DNA from: Nemertoderma westbladi | Taxonomy: Eukaryota; Animalia; Xenacoelomorpha | Assembly (NCBI GenBank): GCA_032718475.1 | Contig: JAUCBJ010000600.1 | Location: 1-41,287 of the forward strand | Length of the DNA: 41,287 nucleotides | Reading direction: 5' to 3' | Shown here: positions 1-11,431 of the stretch, piece by piece | How positions within the stretch are numbered: the first letter of the stretch is position 1 | Layout of the letters: the number at the start of each line of letters is the position of its first letter | Notes under the pieces: model-generated | The model's input: the letters and a program-made list of their open reading frames with translations, nothing else | Databases searched by the model: none | Told to the model about the DNA's origin: nothing | Made by a program: the position numbers and the translations under genes

Positions 1-2606
1 TGGACTGCTGGACTCTTCTGCGCCCCCCTGCGACATGTCTGGTTATACCAGAAAGCGGCTATTTCAGGTGTCTTCCCGGTGCGCGCAGCCCACTTTTTTA
101 CAGTGCGGTGGACCCTTTCAACTAGATTGCCAGTTGGGCGGTAAGCGCAAACTGGAATGTGGTCAATCTCCCATAAGTTGAGTAAATCTTTAAACGTCTC
201 GCTTCTAAAAGCTGGACCTTGATCCGATAATACTTCATCCGGTGGACCAAATTCAGTGAATACTTGTTGCATTTCTCTAACCACTGAGTAGGCTTGCATG
301 TTCGGAACTCTTCGGAACATTGTATAATTAGTTGCGCAGTCTATTATACTTAGATAATGACGGTTTCCATATTCAGTGAAGTCCGTTGAAATTCTACGCC
401 ATGCCTCAGTTACTTTTGTCGTCCCAGGTTTCCATTGTATTGGGTTCGGATCTATGCTGTTGCATAGTGTGCATTCAATGCACACCTCACGGATAATATG
501 CCTGGGCACAGGTTCTTTTATAATTCGATCATTTTTGCACAACTCCATTGTCCTCTCGACTCCTTGATGTGCGATTGAATGTAGTTTCTTCACTCTACTC
601 CGCAGAAGTTCTTCTTCCATCCCCACGGCCGCAACGGGTTTCTCTGCATCTTCATGGATACCATCCTTCTGTATTAACTTCAACCAAGGCTTCGGTATCC
701 GGGTCAGTGGGTCAGCGATGTTCTTTTCTGTGGCAACTAACCGCGGAGTTACTTTTAGGTTGTATTGTTCTATGGTATTGGCCAATATATCGAGTCTCCT
801 GGCTATCAGTTTTCGAGACTGGCCCTTTGTTTTAATCCGATGGGAGTCGTTGATTACAGCATGGATCCAACTAAATGCAGTCGCCGAGTCTACGACCAAA
901 TCGAACTCTTTCAACCCCCAGTCAATTGCGAGGTTCACTCCTTCCACTGCGGCATCCAATTCCGCCACGTTGATATGGCTTGTATCTTTTAGTTTGCGGA
1001 GACACGCCATATCTTCTGCTATAACACCGCCCACTTTCAGAACGACTCCTTTAGCGATCGAACTTGAATCTGTCCACACTTCACCCTTGTCGGTTTTAGG
1101 AACCAGCCACTCCCCTGCCGCTGGGTCGTCCGTTTGGATTCGTGTTAAAGTCTCTTGCAGGCGCGCTTTCACTCCATCGCTCACTGGAATGTCCCACCCT
1201 ATTCCAGAGCTGCATCGCTGCAGCCAGGCGCACGCGGGACGCAACCAACCGGCGACCGGGTAGTGCCCCCTGAGTTTTCCACAAATCGCGTGTAGCTGTC
1301 GTCGCGTTAACACATTTGGTATATCGTCTGTGATTGGAGTGTCTCTGGTCCAGTGCAACTTGTTCCAATCCCCTTTATCCATCCGAATACCCAGAACACG
1401 GCTGCCAGCCACGACTGGTTCTGCATCCTTCGTCAGTAAACCATATTTTAGCATGTGTTCCCGGACTGATTCCGTCGTCACGTTGTCAGTATCAACATAA
1501 ATATCGTCTCTGAAATTATCACATGAATCCTTTATCCTATCATCTTGGGCCAGAGAGTGCTCTACAATCTTATCCATAATCTTTGGCGCGACTCCCAACC
1601 CAAAGCCCATTTTCGTTACTACATATCTAATCCCTTTATAGATGACTGTTTGATATGACTGGAGTGATTCTACAATCCCAACCTGCATGTAGGCCCATTT
1701 CAAGTCGATAACCGCGGTGTTATGACCCATTCGCCTCCATTTACGAAGTTTATCGCCACAGACTGCGGCTTCCAGCCCAGGGGAGTTTTCAATATGCGTG
1801 TTGAGTTCTCTATAGTCTAATATCGGCCTCACTCTATTCTTTTTGGGTTCAAACTTTCCCATTAATGGAATAGTTCCCTGTACTTTACCGTGAACTCTTA
1901 CATCGTAAGGTACAATCCATCTCTTCTTTTTCCAATCTTCCATTGCTGTGTCGAACATTTCCTGATGTTCCTCCTTAATTTTATACTGGGAAACATTGTT
2001 ATTAAGTTTGGGGCTTTGCCCGTTCTTCCATTTCCAATTCGCGACCCAGTGATCACCATCATATTCTGCTCGGAAGTCTGATTCTTCTATGACTATTTTT
2101 CCACTGCCTGGCTTCGCTCCCGTGACTCGTACCCGAGCGCTGAACTCCTCAGAAGTCGGTGTGTTTATTTTCTCTGCTCTACCCCCAGCGCCAAATACCG
2201 CCTGGGCTAATGTTGGAGCCCCAACTCGTTTTATTAAGTCATGGCCCATAATCAAGCTTCCAGATTCCCCTAGAAGATTTTCGACGACTAAGAACGACCA
2301 CTCAATATCGTGTTTCCTCCCGGCAATCTCGATCAGTGCTAAATGCACCGTCCCCACAACCCGGCTTTGCGTTTTTCCATCCAACATAGTAATCATAGTT
2401 TGCTGTCCACTCCGGTTTACGCAAATTTTGTTCCTTACGCACCAATCGATTGCCACTAAGCTTCGACTACATCCTGTGTCCACTATAATCTCGGCACCGA
2501 TACTTCCCTGTTTGCCCTTAACGTATATACTAACACTAGGTATTAATTTCGTGGGGAGACGCCCGTGGGCTGCGACAACGTCTCCCCCTGGTAGTTTTCC
2601 GACTGG
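1..2606 (-). CDS. pol: Ty3/Gypsy-type Pol (protease-RT-RNase H-integrase), truncated by the window edge
   Basis: Manual translation of one minus frame gives protease IIVDTGCS (~2480), RT RPILDYRELN (~1820), MGFGLGVAP and FRDD (~1505), RNase H WTDSS, HINVAELDA and NIADPLTR, integrase H..HQG..C..C, TDF, SDQGPAF (~225) and VERVHRTVK. The PR, RT and IN motifs share a frame. The ORF track misses it because no stop lies in the window. PR-RT-RH-IN order fits Gypsy. Confidence 0.93.
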
Positions 2607-3406
2607 TCAGAAAACCCCACAGCTCCGCCTTCTATTCTTCCACCTCTGCAACCTCGAGCAATATGGCCAATCTGGCCGCACTTGTAACACGTCATACTGC
2701 TACCTTCCGACCCGGTTCTCGATCCTCCTTCCGACCCGGTTCTCGATCCTCCTCCGCCCCTTGAACTCTGACTCATACAGTCCCGTGCGAAGTGCCCCGT
2801 CTTCCTGCACCGGTAGCACTCGACCAACTGTTGTCCCGCCCTTCCTCCAGATTCGCGTCGGCTGGGCACCCCGGCTGCTCCGTACCATTTCTCACCTGAA
2901 CTTCTTTCAACCAGCATTCTTCGCGCCTGTTCCAGTAACTCCTCTACTCTAACCTTACCCGCCATGGCCTTCACTTCCATTCGTATGCAATCCGGCAATC
3001 CGTTTGCGAACTGCACTGCCAGCAAATCCCTCGCACACTGACTTCCGGAATCTATAGTTACTAGCGACAGCAATCGGCGCAGATCTGCCAGGAAGGAATC
3101 GGCGGGTTCATCGCCCAAAATTCTTGATTTGAACTTATCGAAAGCCGCATATGGGGTATCAGCAAATGCAGCGATAAGTTTGCTTTTTATCGCCTCGTAA
3201 TCTCCTTTCTCCGCGTCCGATAACTGCGCAACAACGTCCTGAGCGGCCCCCTTCAACGACAGTCGAAGGTACGTTGCTCGGCTTCCTTCATTGAGTTTCG
3301 CCTCTACCTTAAGGATGTCAAATGTATCTTCAAATGTTGTGAGCCAAGCGCAGGGGTCCCCCGTCCCGTCATAGTTTCGCACATAGTCCGATAATTTCGG
3401 AGCCAT
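2543..3406 (-). CDS. gag: Gypsy Gag with two CCHC zinc knuckles
   Basis: 287-aa ORF: N-terminal YDGTGDPCAWL capsid-like motif, CYRCRKTGHFARDC and CYKCGQIGHIARGC; 24-bp tandem duplication (GSRTGSEG x2) between the knuckles; overlaps pol in the -1 frame. Confidence 0.92.
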   Translation of the reverse strand: MAPKLSDYVRNYDGTGDPCAWLTTFEDTFDILKVEAKLNEGSRATYLRLSLKGAAQDVVAQLSDAEKGDYEAIKSKLIAAFADTPYAAFDKFKSRILGDEPADSFLADLRRLLSLVTIDSGSQCARDLLAVQFANGLPDCIRMEVKAMAGKVRVEELLEQARRMLVERSSGEKWYGAAGVPSRRESGGRAGQQLVECYRCRKTGHFARDCMSQSSRGGGGSRTGSEGGSRTGSEGSSMTCYKCGQIGHIARGCRGGRIEGGAVGFSDQSENYQGETLSQPTGVSPRN

Positions 3407-4129
3407 GGTAGTATACTATTATCAAATGTCAAATATCAAACAGATAGGCCCGGTTAACTTTCGGCGATAATATAACGGTAAAAACCAAGTGCAAAATATA
3501 TATCTGTCTGTATGTATATTAATAGGCCAGTACCGGTACTTCGGTCTGCCTAACTGTCTGCACCAGGTAAAAACAACCACCAACTCACAACCGACTCACA
3601 GACTCTCTCATTCCGGTAGGTCCCCCTGATTCCCCTGTAATAATCCCTACTATCGGCCATTACGCCATAGTATGTATGTTGTTTTGGTGAAATCAAATTT
3701 TGAAAATATAATACAATATTAAAATCACATATATTTTACTTAATAAAAGCAATCACAATTACAGTAGACACGAAATAATAATAATAATAATGCCACAAAT
3801 TATTATAAGATTATAATATATTATAATAAGATTATAAGATTATTAGATAATATAAGATTATAAGATTATTAAATACAAAGAGTTAATTGTTATTTATTAA
3901 TCAAGCACTTTAAGTAAAAACCTTACCGGTAGGCATGTCAGTGCCAAAGTATGTAAAAAACTAAAAAGCAACAAGACCTATACGTTGCATGCAATCAGTG
4001 ATCAGCTGACGGCAGCCAGTTGATCGGTAGGTTTCGCCCCGCAACTGGAGGCATTCTCAGGGGGCCAAGCAAGGAAATGTAGAGAGAGATTCCCAAAGGG
4101 GGGACGGAACATGTAACGAAATGGAGATT

Positions 4130-4415
4130 AGAAGACGACATGAAGATAAGAAGGGGGAATATGTTGGACACACCATCCAACACTTGTTTGAACGCGTTAG
4201 ACAGCACCAGGATGGGACAGCCAATGATAGGAGCGAACAGGGTAAGACTGTGCACAACCACATTATTGTTTGAACATTTCACTGTAATTGCTAGACACCC
4301 ATTGCGGCCAGTCTTGCAAAAGCTTGAAATGTATTACATTGAAACACGCAAGCCGGTTCTCAACAAGCAGAAACGTGATTGGCGCAAGTTCACGGTGCTG
4401 CTTCCCAGTGGTTAG
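4130..4415 (+). pseudogene. GIY-YIG endonuclease C-terminal fragment (Penelope-like), frameshifted
   Basis: One frame gives EYVGHTIQHLFERVRQH (cf. YIGxTxRxLxxRxxEH). After a frameshift: FEHFTVIARH...LQKLEMYYIETRKPVLNKQ (cf. LExxxIxxxxPxLN). Confidence 0.75.
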
Positions 4416-4619
4416 TTACAGTACAGACATATCTTCATTTCGTTACCTGTTCCATCCCCCCTTGGGAATCTCTCTCTACATTTCCTGGCTTGGCCCCCTG
4501 AGAATGCCTCCAGTTGCGGGGCGAAACCTACCGATCAGCTGGCTGCCGTCAGATGATCACTGATTGCATGCAACGTCTAGGTCTTGTTGCTTTTTAGTTT
4601 TTTACATACTTTGGCTCTG

Positions 4620-4863
4620 TGTTTTGGATTCACTCATTCAATTGCGGACAATATAATATGAAATAATAATATGCCGATATGACATTACTGCATTATGTAT
4701 TCCAGTATTCTTGATACTCATTTTGTCTGACAATTTCAGTTGCTAACTATAAAAAAGACACTACTGACTGGTCCGTCTAACACTACTGCACTACCGGTAA
4801 CACATACTGACTAACACTACTGCTTACAATAATTGGGACTTAGGTCATATAAATGTCAAGACA
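4620..4863. mobile_element. Solo LTR (244 bp)
   Basis: Starts TGTTTTG and ends CAAGACA (TG...CA, imperfect terminal inverted repeat). Flanked by 5-bp direct repeat CTCTG (4615-4619, 4864-4868). Absent from the opposite arm of the inverted repeat. Confidence 0.85.
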
Positions 4864-5139
4864 CTCTGACATACCTACCGGTAAGGTTTTTACTTAACGT
4901 GCTTGATTAATAAATAAAATACAATTAACTCTTTATTATAGGATTTTCAAGTTTCAACTTCAATTATTAAATATAATATTATCTAATCAAAAACATTTTT
5001 TTATTTTAATTTTGATAATTGATATACAGTATCAATTTATTATTAATAAAAATTGTGAACTAAAATACTTAATAATAATATCTACAATATATATAATACA
5101 ATATATATACAATAATATCTACAATATTTAGAATCATTG

Positions 5140-5760
5140 TCTAGTCTACATAGCAACAGTTGTCATGGTAACTGTGGCCAGAAACCAAGTTCAATAAACC
5201 CACTATGCACTATGTACGATAAAGCGGAGGTATGTTAAAACAGTAAAATCATATAGTCATAGAATGCTTTGGTAGCTGGTTTCTACAGTATGATATACTA
5301 CAGTAGTTACCGTAGCAACGGTTGTCATAATAACTGTAACACGAATTGTCGAATACAAGTTAAGTATGCGATATACTAAGGGAATATGTTGATACTGAGG
5401 TCGCATAATGGTTAAGTTGGTTTTTGCTATGGCGTGAACCGAAGATTACTGCCCCTAGCAACGGTTACCAGGGTAACAGTGGTTTGAAAATAAGCTCATC
5501 GAATTCGCAATCATTGGTTTAGTCAAGTTTGGGGTAAATCCTGTAACCATTGTGTGTTTAAAACATGGCAGTTGCAGATAAACACCCCGGTAACCATGAT
5601 GGTAACACGATTTATGAGAAATGCTCAAGGTTGTAGGGGCGACACCCTCCTAAATATTGTTCAGCAGGGTCTAATGAGTACAAAACCGATAAAACATTTT
5701 ATGGGTAGAAAAAAACACGGTTCACCAAAATTTGTGCTATTTCCTGCCGGACTATTACGT
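5140..5760. repeat. Probable non-autonomous repeat with repeated RFX X-box-like motifs
   Basis: Three similar motifs: catagcaacagttgtcatggtaac (~5149), cgtagcaacggttgtcataataac (~5311), cctagcaacggttaccagggtaac (~5454); a related motif in reverse orientation near 40363. Boundaries uncertain. Confidence 0.4.
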
Positions 5761-5779
5761 TTATATTGGTTTTAGGTTA

Positions 5780-5957
5780 GCGTAGTGTAATATTGTATTT
5801 GTAACCAAGTAACATAAAGGACCCCCTTGGAAATAAGCTGCAAAGCTTTAGGGGTAATCCTATATGTTATGTTGGACAATACCTTTATACCGGTACATTG
5901 TTTGGTGTATTTTTTATTGTTTTTACATAATGTATAAATAAATCTATCTATCTATCT
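5780..5957 (+). mobile_element. LINE (CR1/L2-like) 3' end with (TCTA)n tail
   Basis: Stem-loop-like ggacccc...ggggtaatcc followed by aataaa and tctatctatctatct. Confidence 0.45.
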
Positions 5958-7001
5958 GCTTACAAAGCAGTCTAGTCAGGCTTCATATCAGGCCAGTTTG
6001 TTTGTAAATCAAAACACCAAAATTCTAACTAAATTTGGATTCCCACCTTCTGCCCAATAACGTTCAGCAAGAGAAGGCAATTCACCTGGAATCGACCCGA
6101 CCTACTGACCTACAGATCGGGCTTATCTATACTTTGTTCAAGAATAAGGAAGGACCTGCATTTGTGCAGGTTCTAACTGTATCGTTTTCTATATATTTTT
6201 TGTAGCTTAAAGGGGATTGATAGCCCTTTTGGTTATTCTGTATTTAAATTTATCATTTAGAACAGATCATAAAAAAGATTTTTAGCAGGACATTTATATC
6301 CTAAAAGCCATTGTTTTAAATAATGCGGGTAAATTGTCGAAATTAAAAAGGAAGTTATAGTAGTTGTAGTAATCTATTAACAGTAACACAGATGGTCTTC
6401 TAATTGTGATTGTGTGAAACCGCAGCCCCCTGATTAAAATTGCTCAAAATTGTCACTTTTTAAAAAACGATAATTTAGTAATTTAGATGCATAAATCGAA
6501 GACGTTTACTTTCTATTAATTTTCTATACTTTTTTTCTTTAAATTTTTCTTCTTAAATTAATCTAATCGCTGCACAGCTATTATACTTGAAGCCATATGA
6601 ATGATGAGGTAATAATTATGATATGAACTGATTGTAGTATACCGGTACTTCATTCTGGCACAGCGGATATGTGACCCCCCACAGCTGAAATTGCTAGGAT
6701 AGTCAAAATCGCTACTGCCTTTTCCCTTTCAGAGGTTTCCAATTAAAATGGCCCTGGAGGCTATATCATAAGTTACTTTCATTTACGCTCGCTAAACAAT
6801 TTAGCAATTGTAAATACCGTAGCCATTGGAATTTGCATGCAAATATATGGAGAAAATAGCTATCAATTGACAATCTGCCGTTTACAAGTGACATTTTTGT
6901 CAATTGCTTTACTTGTCACTTGGGTTACTTATCGAGATTGTTATGAACCATGTTGGCTGATATACCTTCTTGGGGATCATGAACCCCTTTATGAGCTCAC
7001 C

Positions 7002-7409
7002 GGTATGCAGCAAACTTCAGAAAGCTTCGCCCGCGTCCAATCTTCACCCGGAGCAAACTTCACCCTCAAATTGAACAACTATCGCCCGGTAGAAACCTTC
7101 GCCTGCAGGCAATCTTCAGCCACGAACAACCTTCGCCCACTAAACAGTTATTGTTTTGGTTATTAAAAGCCGATGTGTAACCTGCTCCTTTCCCTCAATT
7201 GGTAACAACATCGTTTATTGTTTTGGTTAGAAAAAGCTGTCTCTGTAACCTGCTCCTTTCCCTCAATTGGTAACTAAAATGGTTACTAACACAAATCTTA
7301 TTGGGCGATGGTTGCTTACGGGCGAAGGTTGCCTTGCGGGTCAAGGTTTCTCCCGGGCGAAGGTTGAACGCGGGCGAAGGTAGTATGCGGGAGAAGGTTG
7401 CACCAAACC
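7002..7409. mobile_element. MITE/foldback element with inverted arrays of an aaccttcgccc motif
   Basis: Left half has repeated cttcgccc/cttcaccc, right half repeated gggcgaagg. Termini GGT...ACC. Near-perfect 8-bp TSD agctcacc (6994-7001) / agctcaac (7410-7417). Internal ~30-bp direct repeat tgtaacctgctcctttccctcaattggtaac. Confidence 0.7.
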
Positions 7410-7989
7410 AGCTCAACCCAGCCCATGGTCAAAATGCGGGTAGACTAATCAACTAGACATGAATTCCATCTAAGAATCATGCTATCAGTCGCTATCTGTT
7501 ACTATTTGCTCTTGCTTCTTCAATCCTGTTAGGTGAGAAGATCATCTATCACAGGCCGGCCATTCGAGGGAAATAATATACCTGTAATTTACCGTTACAC
7601 CTACTGTACTGTGCCCTACACCTAGGGAAAGGAACATTATATAGAGTGGAATGGATTTGTAGATTATCCCACAGGCACAGAGACAACCTCTTGTGGTGTG
7701 GGCCATTCTATGGCCATTTGTGTTGTAGGCCGATCTATGGCCCCTTGTGGTGTATGCCGATCTACGTATGTGAATTTAAGTTAAAAATGATAATAAAAAT
7801 GAATTTAATTAAAAAAGTGGGATGTTCTTGAATATTACCGTTCAGATCTGCTTTTCTAGTGCATACTTATTATGTGCTTTGAGAGCAAATTAGCTCTTCC
7901 TATACATTATATTTTAAATCGAATACCTACATTCCTACATGTTTTTATTCATCTCGTAATTAATTTAATGTACTTTAACCAAGGGGTAT

Positions 7990-9725
7990 CAGGATATTAT
8001 TAGGATTCAAACTCACATTGGAGGTGTCTCATTGATTCCCCCAAGGTTGACACTAGGACAAAGCCGCCTCCGCTTTGAATGACGTTGTTTTCGCGTGAGG
8101 ACCAGCCTGTGCACAATCTTGTGCTTTGGCAGCCCCCATGGCGAAAATAAGCATGGTGGACAGCCCATGTCTTTCGTGAGATGCCTCATAAAGGACACTG
8201 GCCTTGAAGATTCGGATAATCTCACGAAAGTCATTGGGGATATTTCATTTAATTTCATTTGTTTATTTCTCATTTAAAATGATATTGTTTAAAATACAGG
8301 CACAGATAAAGTAAAAAAAGGCTGAAGGAGCCTGAACAATTTATAACGAGTTTGAGTTCATGGAACCTTAAAGAATTAAGTGATACGCCTATGTTTGGTA
8401 GTGAAACCTGATTGACTTGAGTCATAACAACCTCTAATAAAGTCCGCATTGATTTTGTCCGTAGTAGTTGGATGGCCATGCGATATTACATTTCTTAGGG
8501 TCCGTCAGTCATACCTGTGTCCGAGGAGGGAAATTATGGAAGGCAGGGGTTGGTCCATGGCAGCTCGTCTGTAAGTATTTCCCAACCCTACATAATTTTT
8601 CTTCCCATTGTTCCATATTAGCCCAAGCTGTTGCAATGAATAGTGTGAGCAGGCAGTAGCTCAAATTATACAGTTAGTAATATCGCGAAAGCCTTCCATT
8701 ACGATGTCGGTTGTTCCTGTCAGCAGCCACAATGTTGCATTGTTTACATACCCTCCAACGTAGAAGGCCACGGATGATTTTCCGATGGTAGGTGCTCAAT
8801 AATAATATCGTTGACACAGCGATTCCATCCCATGCTTTAAAGAGAGTGTCGACTTTATACCACCTCACTGCCCATCCATTGTTATGGAAGGCGTTGGATA
8901 TTGCAGCTATATAATTTGTATAATTTCGGAGTAAGCACTCATTGGGTTACTGTGAAATGTGTGACCCAGAAATTTTTTTAGTGAGTGGGCTTCTGGAATG
9001 AGGCTCCCGTCTGATTACATGTATAGTGGTCGATACACAGTACGATTTGCGCAACTAAGATCCAGTTACACTTGGTAGGTTCCATTTTTAGGTTTACTTT
9101 GTCCATTTCTGCTTTGAATATAGCTATTAATTTTATTACTTCTTCTTTGCAGCATCCAAGAAAGAGTACTTTATCCGGTAGCTGATAACACCCATCCATA
9201 TGGAGTATAACCTGCACCCTAGTTTGCTTGTTTCTAGTTTCCCAATTGCATCTTTGAGGTATAGGTTGAAGAATATGGGTGAGAGCAGAGACCCTTGTTT
9301 AACTCCAAGTGTGGTATGAATGCCTTTTTCCATGACCGAGTCACCAAATTTCAAAAAGTAACATACTCGTACTGTAATAGTGAATTAATGTGAGGCAGAT
9401 GAAGGGAGGAATTGATGCGGATAGTTTCCTAAATAGAACACGGAGGCAAACGTTGTCAAAAGCACCGGCAATATCCAGTTGGTACATAAATACTGATTGA
9501 CGTGATTGCCTATTAATCTCCAGGCACTCCATCACCATGGCAACCACAAGGTCTTAGGAGTTGTAGAGGTGCAACTTTGTTGATAAGCTGGAATAGCATT
9601 CTTAATACACGCTGCATAGGGCTTGCCAATTGTGGATTGCATTGTGGTCGCCAAATACTTATGTAAAGCCAGTATAGCATCCCGATGTGTAGTTGCAATG
9701 CAATGGACCGATTATAGTAGTAGTA
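7990..9725 (+). mobile_element. RTE-like LINE 3' fragment split by another LINE insertion (pieces ~7990-8241 and ~9556-9725)
   Basis: Homologous to 13265-13600 and 30250-30600 (cgtgaggaccagcctgtgcacaatctt; aaggacactggccttgaagat; gcattcttaat; gttgcaatgc; (TAG)n tail). Homology stops at ~8241 and resumes at ~9556. Confidence 0.75.
8243..9555 (-). mobile_element. 5'-truncated LINE (L2/CR1-group-like RT) with (TGAAA)-like tail
   Basis: Broken ORFs with RT motifs QLDIAGAFDNV, GVKQGSLLSPIFFNLYL, LKMEPTKC; minus-strand tail aaataaacaaatgaaattaaatgaaa at ~8243-8270. Confidence 0.8.
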
Positions 9726-10906
9726 TCAATAAATTTGAAAGAACCTTATATACACTGTTTGCGCTTGCTTGACCTAGTAGTAGTAAAAGTAAATTTTCTC
9801 AGGCCAATTAAGTCAGGGATTACGCACAAAGTCTGTCTTATTTCCAGTGCTGTCTCCCCAGAACTATCATCTCTGGATGAAACTCCAATACTCATTTATC
9901 TACCCTTTTAGGATGCAAAGCAGAGATGCGCTCTGGCTATTGCACTCATGCCGAAACGTAAAATATCCTGCCTGCCCCCTGCGGGGATTGCACCCACGAC
10001 CTCCGAGAGATGTGAATTCAATGCAACCACTACATCAAGGTGCGACCTTTCAACAATCACTGATTTTTCTTTTTGCTTTGATATAATTATCTCCACAATC
10101 AGCTGTTTAACGAGAGGGAAATTTGAATCACAATTAACTTTTCATTTTGATATTGCTGTTTTACTAAGCTGCTGTAAACTTGCCTGCACAGGCCAACTCT
10201 CTGTAAACTTGATACCGGTACAGGTGCAATAGCATAGAGATAGCATACAATTTTATTTATTTGTCTGGAATTAATTTCGCACTACAAAATCTCCAGGGCG
10301 ACATATTTTCCAACTTCCTATCGAAGTGCGACATTATTTTGCAGTATGTCCCTATGCTATACATTTAAATATGCATTTCCATTATGTCACGTGTCATTCT
10401 AAATTGATCTAGTTGATCCCAAAGATCAACTGAACTTCAGAACGGTTTCTCATGAAAAAACAAATTTCAAACAGAATGTTGTACCTCGTTCATTCTGCTA
10501 AATTAAATTCGACACTCGTATTGTGGAGGCCGACTAAAACAGAAAAATACAATATTTGTTTGCAGTGACTTATATTATTCCTACAACATGCTTGATACTT
10601 GAAATAAATACAATGTACTCCGTTTATTAGCAACTGGGGTTGGATGAAAACAACTCAAATAAGCAATCAGTTTCCAATTCAATAATGTGCATCACGTTTG
10701 ATTAACAATGTGATCCGTTAAATCACACAACTTATACCAAACAACTTTAATTAGCAATTGGAGATTCCCGCTTGAGTAATTATAACAGTAGCTATCAGTA
10801 CATCAGATTTTAGGAACCGACTCGTGGCCAACTGACAGACTTACTGACTTATCTCCAGCCCAAACTACGATTTCGATGAAACTTACATAGCGGCTGGCAG
10901 TCCGGA

Positions 10907-11217
10907 ACTTCTATTGACCCCACAGACTCACTTAGACTCATTGGAACCGCAATCATTGATTTAGTTGGGGTAGGAACCTCTAGAAAAGGAGTAGAGCAGT
11001 TAGTTCTCGAGAAATTGTACAAAAGGTGTACATAGAGTTGTGTGTAGGCCTACATCAGGCGCATAGTGAGCCTAAGCACACATTTTGTACAATATCACGA
11101 GAACTAAGTGCTCTTCTCCTTCTCTTATTCTGAAGGTTTCTCCCCAACTAAATGATGATGCCGATCGATGATTGCCGTTCAAATGATCCTAAGTTTGAGT
11201 TTGTGGGGTCAAGAAGT
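10907..11217. mobile_element. MITE with long imperfect terminal inverted repeats
   Basis: ttgaccccacagactc...atttagttgggg...gagcagttagttctcg...ttgtacaaaa mirrored by ttttgtacaa...cgagaactaagtgctc...ccccaactaaat...gagtttgtggggtcaa. Confidence 0.7.
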
Positions 11218-11431
11218 ATTATTTTTAGAGAAATTGCCAATTATTACTCTTCGGTTTGCACTCTACATATTGCAATATGATGCCATGTAATTATTGTTTA
11301 TTGAAGGCCTGTAGCGCGATAAAATATGTTGGTTCACACTAAATTTAAACTAAAATATCATGCAGACTGCTAAGAAATCGATGCAAAGAAATCGATTGTA
11401 TGGGTAATTTTTTAAAGTTCTATAATATTTG

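Larger units (their letters stand above)
3876..4933. mobile_element. Penelope-like element remnant: inverted pseudo-LTR arms around a GIY-YIG 3' fragment
   Basis: Arm ~3876-4128 is the reverse complement of ~4430-4933 (excluding the 4620-4863 insert). The loop encodes GIY-YIG-like peptides. Inverted pLTRs are a known Penelope arrangement. Confidence 0.75.

Noticed and set aside
376-2952. Plus-strand ORFs (718-1263, 2089-2952 and others)
   Set aside because: Antisense shadows of the Gypsy gag-pol with no recognisable motifs.
3650-3667. Gypsy PBS (minus strand TGGCGTAATGG) and adjacent 5' LTR
   Set aside because: Only a short resemblance to a tRNA-Ser-type PBS, no CA directly adjacent, and no second LTR in the window to confirm it.
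6205-6230. TTAA-AGGGG terminus of a Kolobok-like element
   Set aside because: No matching inverted terminus found in the window.
9740-10232. Possible host exon or transposase fragment
   Set aside because: Only short ORFs with no motif I can identify.
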